A DNA stretch of 24,206 nt from a virus. Its lineage: Duplodnaviria; Caudoviricetes. Position numbers and translations under genes: made by a program. Numbering within the stretch: the stretch's first letter is position 1; every line of letters starts with the position of its first letter. The notes under the pieces are model-generated. The model saw only the letters and a program-made list of their open reading frames with translations. It did no database searches and was not told the origin of the DNA. Below are positions 8,446 through 15,235 of this stretch, one piece after another. The stretch is from IMG/VR virus record IMGVR_UViG_3300020045_003748, positions 1 through 24,206 of that record; one strand, given 5' to 3'.

Positions 8446-8996
8446 GACGCGGCTCCTTTGTCGGTTGTGAGGGCGACGGTATAATCCGCAATGGACTGCT
8501 GCGCGTATTCGTATTGGTCGGTGTCCCAAACCCAGTCTTTGCATTGGAGCGCGCCTTCCAGCCAACCTTTCATGTCATCTGCCGCCTCGGTCAGTGCGGC
8601 AATGCGGGCGGTGGCGTTGGCTTCAGATGCCAGCAACTTGGTTTGATCAGCGGCAATCTCGCGCGCCTTTCCGGCCCAGAACCGCCAAAGATTTCCGTTG
8701 GCGGTGAAACCTTCACTTGTTTCGATGCTGTCAATGGCTGCGGTCAGTTCATCCCGTTCCGCTGTCACCCGCGCCAACTCCTTCTCACGCTCTGCAAGCT
8801 GGGCGGAGAGGGTGGTGATGCGGCCACCATCTTCCTCGATCTGTGACAATAGGGCGCGCAATGTCGGGGCAAACCAGCACTCAGTTTTGCAATCCTCATG
8901 TGCGGGCCATTCCGCCACCACCTCTGCCGTCAGGGGCGCGGGGGCTTGATCGTGGGGGTGGGTCGTGACGCGGTTTTGTGTCGGGTCAAAGGTCAT
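8442..8996 (-). CDS. Hypothetical coiled-coil early protein
   Basis: TGATG overlap at 8994-8998. Begins MTFDPTQNRV and has a heptad segment LAEREKELARVTAERDEL. Confidence 0.65.
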   Translation of the reverse strand: MTFDPTQNRVTTHPHDQAPAPLTAEVVAEWPAHEDCKTECWFAPTLRALLSQIEEDGGRITTLSAQLAEREKELARVTAERDELTAAIDSIETSEGFTANGNLWRFWAGKAREIAADQTKLLASEANATARIAALTEAADDMKGWLEGALQCKDWVWDTDQYEYAQQSIADYTVALTTDKGAAS

Positions 8997-9301
8997 CACA
9001 TCGCCCCCACAAGCCAATCGAAACCCGCCATGATCAGCGCGGCAGTCGTGGCGGTTGCACCCATCCACAGCCAAACGGTAACGCCTGGGCCGCGAAATTC
9101 GTCGTCAATCTCGGCCTGCGATTTCAGCGGCTGGAATGGGATAATCCGGCCATCGCCATCGCGCCATTGCCATTGCGGGGCGTCAACGCGGGTCGGCTTG
9201 TCCATGTCGGTCCAGAACGGCGCGGCCTCGGCCAGTTCGGCGTCATGCGATGCGGGCGCGAAAACGCTGTTGCAGTCGGTGATCTTGCGGCTGTTGCTCA
9301 T
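8996..9301 (-). CDS. Hypothetical protein with a C-terminal TM helix
   Basis: GGGAGAG RBS and ATGA overlap. Hydrophobic tail VTVWLWMGATATTAALIMAGFDWLV. Confidence 0.6.
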   Translation of the reverse strand: MSNSRKITDCNSVFAPASHDAELAEAAPFWTDMDKPTRVDAPQWQWRDGDGRIIPFQPLKSQAEIDDEFRGPGVTVWLWMGATATTAALIMAGFDWLVGAM

Positions 9302-9546
9302 GCTTTCTCTCCCATCAACTCAGCTTCCCGCATGGTGATCCGCTTGCTGCGGTAAATCGCGCCTGCCTCGTCATTGTCGACAACCTCGACAACCAACGTC
9401 TGCGGACCGTTGCCGCGAATATCCTTGGCGCATTTGGCCCAGACATTCGCGCGCTCGCCCATCTGCTCACGGTCGCCGCAGAACATGCCGTCAACGCGCC
9501 AGTGGTCTTTGTGCCAGATGGCGGTGATGAAGTTGGATTGGGTCAT
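9298..9546 (-). CDS. Hypothetical protein
   Basis: Strong GGAGG RBS 5 nt before the ATG. 82 aa. Confidence 0.7.
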   Translation of the reverse strand: MTQSNFITAIWHKDHWRVDGMFCGDREQMGERANVWAKCAKDIRGNGPQTLVVEVVDNDEAGAIYRSKRITMREAELMGEKA

Positions 9547-9572
9547 TTGATCCTCCGTTGGTAGGAACTGGC

Positions 9573-9842
9573 TTACGCCAGCTCTTTTGTCATTGCGTTG
9601 GCATAAAGCGGCTTCCCAGCCTTAACGCGGCGAGCATTCATCATCGGCGTGAAGCGGTCACAGCAATGGGCGCAACGGTCTGCTGCCGGGGTTGCGCGAA
9701 ACTCTTCGGGGGTGACTGACTTCGCGGACATATGCTGATACTTGGTACGCGAATTGCGGATGATTTTCCCGTTGCGCTCACCAACGCAGGAGCAAGCGGT
9801 TGTTCCGTCTACGCCTTGTGCTAGGTGAATTTTGTGGCCCAT
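9573..9842 (-). CDS. Small basic Cys/His-rich protein, first gene of the leftward operon
   Basis: GGAGAG RBS. H-x10-C and CAHC pattern, possibly Zn-binding. Confidence 0.65.
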   Translation of the reverse strand: MGHKIHLAQGVDGTTACSCVGERNGKIIRNSRTKYQHMSAKSVTPEEFRATPAADRCAHCCDRFTPMMNARRVKAGKPLYANAMTKELA

Positions 9843-9873
9843 CTTACTCTCTCCGGTGTTTGATCCTGCCGCT

Positions 9874-9903
9874 ACATTGCGCGGAAAACCCGCACCTCGT
9901 CAA
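9874..9903 (-). promoter_or_regulatory. Putative leftward sigma70-type early promoter
   Basis: The minus strand reads TTGACG-N18-CAATGT, with the inverted repeat GCGG-AAAAC-CCGC in the spacer. Confidence 0.5.
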
Positions 9904-9927
9904 GTGATTTTTGTGCATAAAAACCCC

Positions 9928-9955
9928 TTGCCTATATTTTTATTTGCGGTAAGGT
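9928..9955 (+). promoter_or_regulatory. Putative rightward promoter giving a leaderless mRNA
   Basis: TTGCCT-N16-TAAGGT, with the ATG at 9962 beginning 7 nt after the -10. Confidence 0.5.
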
Positions 9956-9961
9956 GACTGC

Positions 9962-10159
9962 ATGAAAACAGCACAAGACATCATCAACAAAATCGGCAAG
10001 CCACGCATCAAAGCTGGACTTGGCGTCAGTGATCGCACAATTTTCGAACATGCGCACGCCGGAAAACTCCCCGCGTCATGGTTCGACTTCTGCGAGAAAG
10101 CAACACGGCGGCGGCTGGATCGGCGCTTGTTCAGTTTTAAGACTGATAAGGTTCAATAA
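9962..10159 (+). CDS. Cro-like HTH DNA-binding protein
   Basis: 65 aa. The pattern DIINKIG..RIKAGLGVSDRTI....GKLPASW is typical of short Cro-like proteins. First gene right of the divergent promoters. Confidence 0.7.
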   Translation: MKTAQDIINKIGKPRIKAGLGVSDRTIFEHAHAGKLPASWFDFCEKATRRRLDRRLFSFKTDKVQ

Positions 10160-10198
10160 CTGCCTGCCGCGCCGCTTCCCTGTCGGTGCGGCCAACTA

Positions 10199-10229
10199 CC
10201 CCCGCTATGTGATGTAGCGGGGGATTTTT
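10199..10229 (+). terminator. Putative intrinsic terminator / attenuator after the Cro-like gene
   Basis: Stem CCCCCGCTAT / GTAGCGGGGG with a 5-nt loop, followed by ATTTTT. Confidence 0.6.
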
Positions 10230-10240
10230 CGGAGGATCAA

Positions 10241-11605
10241 ATGAGTTTGCAAGAGTATCGAGAGTTTATAGAAGCCAAGACACACTTATCAGGTGATTTT
10301 GGATTCGCTCCTGTGTATGAAAACCCCAACTGCTATGGCTTTCAAAACGGCCTTATTGAATGGGCATTGATGCAAGGGCGCGGGGCAACCTTTGCTGACT
10401 GTGGGCTTGGAAAAACGCTGATGCAGCTTGTTTGGGCGGAGAACGTTCATCGCAAAACTAACAAGCCTGTTTTAATTCTGGCCCCATTGTCAGTATCATC
10501 GCAGACAGTTGATGAGGCTGAGAAGTTCGGGATTGAGGCATATCGCAGCCAAGACGGGAAATACCCACAAAGCAAAGGCATCATTTGCACTAACTACGAG
10601 AGGCTTCACCATTTCAATGCTAATGACTTCGGAGGGGTTGTTTGCGATGAAAGCAGCATCCTTAAAAACTTCGATGGCGCGATAAAGGCGGCGATCACCG
10701 ACTTCATGCGCAAGGTGAAATATCGGTCCATGTATACCGCCACACCTAGCCCGAATGATTACACCGAACTCGGAACATCATCTGAAGCACTCGGCGATAT
10801 GGCATATATGGACATGCTGCAAACGTTCTTCAAATCCAATGACGACACGCTGCACCCGGCACATATAGGGCAGGCTTGGCGGTTCAAAGGACATGCAGAA
10901 CCGCACTTTTGGAGATGGGTCGCATCGTGGGCGCGGGCTATCCGAAAGCCATCTGATATGGGCTTTGATGATGCCGGATGGTCGCTTCCAAAGTTGATTG
11001 AGGTTCGCCATGAACTTCAATCTAACCCATTAGATGGCGAGTTATTTGCCATGCCCGTTCGAGGGTTGCCAATGGAACGCGAGGAACGCAAGTCTACAAT
11101 AACCATTCGTTGCGACCGTGCGGCAGAGCTTCTGACACAACATGAAAGCGGTGTGGCATGGTGCCACTTCAATGCAGAAGCTGATCATCTTGCCTCAGTA
11201 TTGCCGGGAGGTGTGAACTTGTCCGGCGCGGATAGGGACGAGGTAAAAGAGGAAAAGTTTGCCGCATTTAAGTCAGGCGAGATAAAGTATCTGGTGACTA
11301 AACCGAAGATCGCAGCCCTCGGAGTAAACTGGCAGCACTGCAACGCCTGCACCTATTTTGACGATTACAGCTATGAGCAATATTATCAGGCTGTGCGCCG
11401 GTTCTGGAGGTTTGGGCAAAAGCGCGATGTGACAGTTTACCAGATCGGAACAACCTCACTAGCCAACGTCGCCAAGTCTCGCAAACGCAAAGCCGAAGCC
11501 GCCGATTTGATGTTCCACGCAATGATGGAACACATGATCGAAGCGCAAAAACATCGCAACATCTTCACCGAAACTCAGGCAGTTACCCTGCCTTCATGGA
11601 TTTGA
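10241..11605 (+). CDS. SNF2-like superfamily 2 helicase/ATPase
   Basis: Motif I DCGLGKT, Ia LILAP, II VCDESS, III TATPSPN, V LGVNWQ and VI QAVRRFWRFGQ. GGAGG RBS. Confidence 0.85.
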   Translation: MSLQEYREFIEAKTHLSGDFGFAPVYENPNCYGFQNGLIEWALMQGRGATFADCGLGKTLMQLVWAENVHRKTNKPVLILAPLSVSSQTVDEAEKFGIEAYRSQDGKYPQSKGIICTNYERLHHFNANDFGGVVCDESSILKNFDGAIKAAITDFMRKVKYRSMYTATPSPNDYTELGTSSEALGDMAYMDMLQTFFKSNDDTLHPAHIGQAWRFKGHAEPHFWRWVASWARAIRKPSDMGFDDAGWSLPKLIEVRHELQSNPLDGELFAMPVRGLPMEREERKSTITIRCDRAAELLTQHESGVAWCHFNAEADHLASVLPGGVNLSGADRDEVKEEKFAAFKSGEIKYLVTKPKIAALGVNWQHCNACTYFDDYSYEQYYQAVRRFWRFGQKRDVTVYQIGTTSLANVAKSRKRKAEAADLMFHAMMEHMIEAQKHRNIFTETQAVTLPSWI

Positions 11606-11614
11606 GAGAACAAC

Positions 11615-12610
11615 ATGCCAGTATCTAACCAAGTCGTCACCGACAGCTATGCAATCTACAATGGAGATTGTGTGGAGGTGATTGCCACCATGCCAGATAA
11701 CTCCATTGATATGGCTGTTTATTCGCCTCCTTTCGCCGGGTTGTTTCAATACAGCGGCGATGAACGCGACATGTCTAATTGCACCAGCTACGGGCAGTTC
11801 TATGATCAATATCGCTTTCTAGTCAAACATCTTCATCGCGTGACAAAGCCTGGGAGGATCAATGCGGTCCACTGCATGGATATTGGCGAGGACATGGCTG
11901 GAACCTGCCATGACCTTCCAGGACATATCATCAAAATCCACCAAGATGCCGGATTTCACTTTATTGGACGGCGTCTAAAATGGAACGAGCCTTTGGCGGT
12001 TCGGTTGCGTACAATGGTCAAGGGATTAGCGCATCAGACCATCTGTGAGGATGCCAGCAAGTCCAGCATTGCCAATGCAGACTACATCCTGTTTTTCCGC
12101 AAGGGTGGAGAGAACAAGGTTCCAGTGACATACCCAACCGGGTTCTTGCGCTATTTCGGATCTGATCCTATTCCAGAAGAGGCCATGCAATATCGCGGAT
12201 TTGTTGGAGATCAGAAGCAAAACCGCTTCTCTCACAATGTTTGGCGGCGGTATGCGTCATCGGCTTGGATGGATATTCGCGCTAGTAACAAACAACTTTG
12301 CGGCGATGGATTGAAGGCTAGGGCTGTGGTTGATGATGGCGAAGCCCGCGAACCGGATGATGTTAAGCACGTTCACCCGCTGATGCTGGATATTATTCAC
12401 CGCTGCGTTGAACTTTATACCAACCCTGGCGAGACCATATTTACTCCCTTCATGGGCGTCGGATCAGAGGTTTACAGTCCTGTCTATCTGGGGCGGCGGG
12501 GGATTGGGATTGAGTTGAAGAAGTCCTATTTCCGTCAGGCGGTGAAGAACATCGCACAGGCTCAATCTGACGCCAAGGATGATGCAGTATCGGCGGACCT
12601 GTTCGCATGA
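11615..12610 (+). CDS. DNA methyltransferase, N4/N6 family (beta motif order)
   Basis: IYNGDC, an N-terminal catalytic VYSPPF, and C-terminal HVHPL and SAM-binding FTPFMGVGS...GIGIEL. Confidence 0.88.
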   Translation: MPVSNQVVTDSYAIYNGDCVEVIATMPDNSIDMAVYSPPFAGLFQYSGDERDMSNCTSYGQFYDQYRFLVKHLHRVTKPGRINAVHCMDIGEDMAGTCHDLPGHIIKIHQDAGFHFIGRRLKWNEPLAVRLRTMVKGLAHQTICEDASKSSIANADYILFFRKGGENKVPVTYPTGFLRYFGSDPIPEEAMQYRGFVGDQKQNRFSHNVWRRYASSAWMDIRASNKQLCGDGLKARAVVDDGEAREPDDVKHVHPLMLDIIHRCVELYTNPGETIFTPFMGVGSEVYSPVYLGRRGIGIELKKSYFRQAVKNIAQAQSDAKDDAVSADLFA

Positions 12611-12927
12611 CCCCCATCACAATGACCCCAGAACACTACACCATCACGCGCACGGCGTCAGAGTGGTATGCCATCGCCCGCGATCATCTAGCGGCCATCG
12701 GTGATGGAGGATTTACCCCAGAACAGGATTATCGCCTGATGGAAGGGCTGGCGATGGGATGCGGCATTGATGCGGTCGCGGCATCTATCGGCGTCAATCC
12801 TGCCGTGGCAAATCAACGATTTCGTGCGATGCGGATCGGCATGATCGTGACATACAGCAATCGGCAAATATTCCAGCTTGATGCACAAGAGGCGCTGGTT
12901 CGGGCGCTTCGGGCGAGGCTGAATTGA
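12607..12927 (+). CDS. Small HTH-like protein
   Basis: ATGA overlap. FTPEQDYRL..LAMGCGIDAVAASIGV..AVANQRF resembles a three-helix HTH. Confidence 0.55.
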   Translation: MTPITMTPEHYTITRTASEWYAIARDHLAAIGDGGFTPEQDYRLMEGLAMGCGIDAVAASIGVNPAVANQRFRAMRIGMIVTYSNRQIFQLDAQEALVRALRARLN

Positions 12928-13721
12928 AAAAAATGCGCGTGCTAGATTTGTTTTCAGGCATTGGTGGCTTTAGCCTTGGCCTAGAGCGCACTGGTGGCTT
13001 TGAAACCGTGGCATTCTGCGAAATCGAACCATTTCCCCGCCACGTGTTGGCGAAACATTGGCCTGAGGTTCCCTGTTATGACGATGTGCGCACCCTTACC
13101 GCCGCAAGGCTTGCTGCCGATGGAATTGCCGATATCGACGTTATCACTGGCGGTTTCCCATGCCAAGACATCAGCACGGCCGGAAAGCAAGGCGGCATGG
13201 GCGAAGATACCCGCAGCGGCTTGTGGACCGAAATCGACCGACTTATTGGCGAGTTACGACCTCGCTTCGTCATCGTGGAGAACGTCGCAAACCTGCTTGC
13301 TGGCCCGAGTGGAAAGCCAGGCGGATGGTTTGGCCGAGTTCTCGGAGACTTGGCCGAGCGCGGGTATGATGCAGAATGGCGCAACATACCGGGTTGGCTT
13401 GTGGAAAAGCCTCATGGCCGAGAGCGTGTCTGGATTGTGGCCTACCCCCAGCAAGAACGACGGCCGGGGATTTTACCGACTTTCGCATCGGAGTGCGCTG
13501 CTTCGGAGTTCGGGCGCGGTCAAGCGGCAGTTGCATTGGCTGCATCGCGCCGTCTTGATGCAGTCGCTTCCGGGCGACTGGACGGCGAATCCCCGTTTCT
13601 CTCTGGATCTTATGGGGTTTCCGAGTTGGTGGCTGGACTTGGAGCCTGCGGAAACGCCGTTATCCCACAAATCCCCGAGTTGATCGGCCACGCTATCCTG
13701 AAATCACTAATCTCGGCATAA
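12924..13721 (+). CDS. C5 DNA cytosine methyltransferase, large (alpha-like) subunit
   Basis: Motifs I LFSGIGG, IV GGFPCQDIS, VI VENV, VIII PHGRERVWIVA and X GNAVIPQ. No recognisable motif IX in this frame. Start is TTG 12924 or ATG 12933. Confidence 0.9.
   Translation: MKKMRVLDLFSGIGGFSLGLERTGGFETVAFCEIEPFPRHVLAKHWPEVPCYDDVRTLTAARLAADGIADIDVITGGFPCQDISTAGKQGGMGEDTRSGLWTEIDRLIGELRPRFVIVENVANLLAGPSGKPGGWFGRVLGDLAERGYDAEWRNIPGWLVEKPHGRERVWIVAYPQQERRPGILPTFASECAASEFGRGQAAVALAASRRLDAVASGRLDGESPFLSGSYGVSELVAGLGACGNAVIPQIPELIGHAILKSLISA
13120..13683 (+). CDS. Nested +1-frame ORF, putative small (beta-like) C5-MTase subunit supplying motif IX
   Basis: The frame is open from 12994 to 13683 inside the MTase gene and contains LWPTP and ANPRFSLDLMGFPSWW (motif IX-like). 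Start is uncertain; ATG 13120 was chosen for its upstream AAGG. Confidence 0.7.
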   Translation: MELPISTLSLAVSHAKTSARPESKAAWAKIPAAACGPKSTDLLASYDLASSSWRTSQTCLLARVESQADGLAEFSETWPSAGMMQNGATYRVGLWKSLMAESVSGLWPTPSKNDGRGFYRLSHRSALLRSSGAVKRQLHWLHRAVLMQSLPGDWTANPRFSLDLMGFPSWWLDLEPAETPLSHKSPS

Positions 13722-13832
13722 TGCCGGATCACCTAGCCATAGGCAGGTGCAACACGCGGTTTTGATTGGAACCGACCCCCAGATACCCCCGGCGCGGTCA
13801 GGCGCTAACCGGACAAACGCCGGGGGTTACAT

Positions 13833-13860
13833 AAAAAAAGCCCCGGTAATTCCGGGGCTT
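13833..13860 (-). terminator. Intrinsic terminator of the leftward recombination operon
   Basis: Perfect stem AAGCCCCGG / CCGGGGCTT with a 5-nt loop. The A7 tract at 13833-13839 gives a U-tract on the minus strand, just after the stop at 13866. Confidence 0.8.
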
Positions 13861-13865
13861 CTTCA

Positions 13866-14474
13866 TTACATGGGCGGCGTATCATCGTCATTGTCGGGTG
13901 GTGGGCCGTCTGCATCGGCGGCAATCTTAGTAAGCTCTGGCATGATTGGCTTTACGGCATCACGCAGCGTTCGTCCGTCGCCGTTCCACCATGCGGTGAA
14001 TGCAGCCTTGCCTTGCCCTGCTGCGGTGCGCGCTGCGGCTTGTGCTGCGTCTGTGTCTGTGTCAACTGGTGGCGTCTCTGCCTGCCGTTGCAGCGGGCTA
14101 ATCTGGTATTGCTTCACCTTGCCGCGACTGACTGGAACAGTCACTTTCTTCACGCCGTCGATGTGGCTCATGGCGCGAATGCGAGTGCCTCCCGTGGTAT
14201 CAGCCCCAAATCGCACATCAGGATCGCGATAGAGCGTCAGGCTGCGGCCAATGTACTGGCCCGGATCAACGCCCCAAATCTCGCCCATCACCCTCCGCAT
14301 TCCTTTGCATGGCCGATAGACCTTATCGCTGCCTTGGAAGCTGATCGACACAGGCTGATCTTCTTTCATGTTGACGTTGATCTTGGTGATGATAATCGTT
14401 TGATCACCACCCGCCAAATCCACATTATTTATCTGGTCGCTCTTAGCCGCAAGTGTTTGTTGAAAGTCGTTCAT
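13866..14474 (-). CDS. Phage protein coupled to the YqaJ exonuclease, candidate ssDNA-binding/annealing protein
   Basis: TGATG overlap with the exonuclease gene. Beta-rich N-terminal domain (KSDQIN..DL, PCKGMRRV...WG, LTLYRDPDVRFG...GG.RI) and an acidic C-terminal tail DNDDDTPPM. Confidence 0.6.
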   Translation of the reverse strand: MNDFQQTLAAKSDQINNVDLAGGDQTIIITKINVNMKEDQPVSISFQGSDKVYRPCKGMRRVMGEIWGVDPGQYIGRSLTLYRDPDVRFGADTTGGTRIRAMSHIDGVKKVTVPVSRGKVKQYQISPLQRQAETPPVDTDTDAAQAAARTAAGQGKAAFTAWWNGDGRTLRDAVKPIMPELTKIAADADGPPPDNDDDTPPM

Positions 14475-15169
14475 CAGGAATACTCCCCTTCCGTCATTTC
14501 GGTTGCAACGCGGCGTTCAGTCGGAATATAGCGCCCGCCGCTGGCGATGTTCTCATGATAGGTTTTCACAGCCTTGACGACCTTGGCCTCAAATGCTGAC
14601 GCCGCGTCGATGATGGCCTTCTGAATATCTGCGTCTGGCGTGATGCGAAGTGTCGCCATCGGCAGTCCGCCGCTGTAGCTGATGAAGTCAATCCATTCCC
14701 AGCCTGTCACCAGCAATCCAGTCTGGACCTGTAGCATAAATTCATCAGGCATCTTGTTTTCAACAATGGTCTGTACTTGGTATTTCTGAATGCGGGATTT
14801 GACCTCAATGCCGCCTTTCTTTTCGGTAACTTCACCATCTGGCGAATAGCCCAAGGTAAAGCCCCATTGGTCATTGGTGACAAAGCCAACCTCTTTGACA
14901 GGATCATATCGTTCGGAGTACAGGTCGCGCGCCGTGATTTCATCCTCCCATCCGCGCAACATGGCATCGCCAATATAGGACGGCTCGGTAAACCGCGTGA
15001 TGCGCTGGGAAGCCAATTCCCAGATGTGCATTTTTGTCTTGTCGTTGTCGGCAATCTTGAGTGTTGGCGTCAGAACGTACTTCATCTCGCTGGCCGTCAG
15101 TAGGCCGCAGCGTGCTGCGTGCCATTCGTCTGAACCCTGCAACAAGTCGTTGTGGTAGATAATCGTCAT
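14474..15169 (-). CDS. YqaJ-like / lambda-exonuclease family protein
   Basis: QGSDEWHAARCGLLTASE, MLRG...E..AR, GYSPDG, IEVKS and QVQTGL. ATG 15169 with a GAGGG RBS. Confidence 0.9.
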   Translation of the reverse strand: MTIIYHNDLLQGSDEWHAARCGLLTASEMKYVLTPTLKIADNDKTKMHIWELASQRITRFTEPSYIGDAMLRGWEDEITARDLYSERYDPVKEVGFVTNDQWGFTLGYSPDGEVTEKKGGIEVKSRIQKYQVQTIVENKMPDEFMLQVQTGLLVTGWEWIDFISYSGGLPMATLRITPDADIQKAIIDAASAFEAKVVKAVKTYHENIASGGRYIPTERRVATEMTEGEYS

Positions 15170-15207
15170 CCTTGCACCCTCGCATATGTTGCTGTAGTCT
15201 TGTATTG

Positions 15208-15235
15208 ACATTACAGTAATTACAGGCGCGCGCAA
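15208..15235 (-). promoter_or_regulatory. Putative leftward promoter of the exonuclease operon
   Basis: The minus strand reads TTGCGC-N16-TAATGT, overlapped by the palindromes ATTAC-A-GTAAT and GTAATTAC. Confidence 0.55.

Noticed and set aside
5974-9355. Plus-strand ORFs across the leftward early operon
   Set aside because: The minus-strand genes tile the region with RBSs and start/stop overlaps, while the plus-strand ORFs lack both.
12924-13721. C5 MTase as a frameshifted pseudogene or single programmed-frameshift product
   Set aside because: Both frames are intact over their length, and motif X follows motif IX in the other frame. A single shift cannot place all motifs in one chain.
10241-13721. 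Complete restriction-modification, DISARM or BREX defence system
   Set aside because: No nuclease, PLD, PglZ or specificity subunit is visible, and the genes are embedded in a phage early operon.
13722-13865. tRNA gene in the structured intergenic regions (also 20967-21021 and 22089-22215)
   Set aside because: I found no T-loop GTTC motif in a cloverleaf context and no acceptor/anticodon arm geometry.
13747-14531. Plus-strand ORFs 13747-14232 and 14013-14531
   Set aside because: They are antisense to a well-supported gene, and one runs through its terminator. No motifs.
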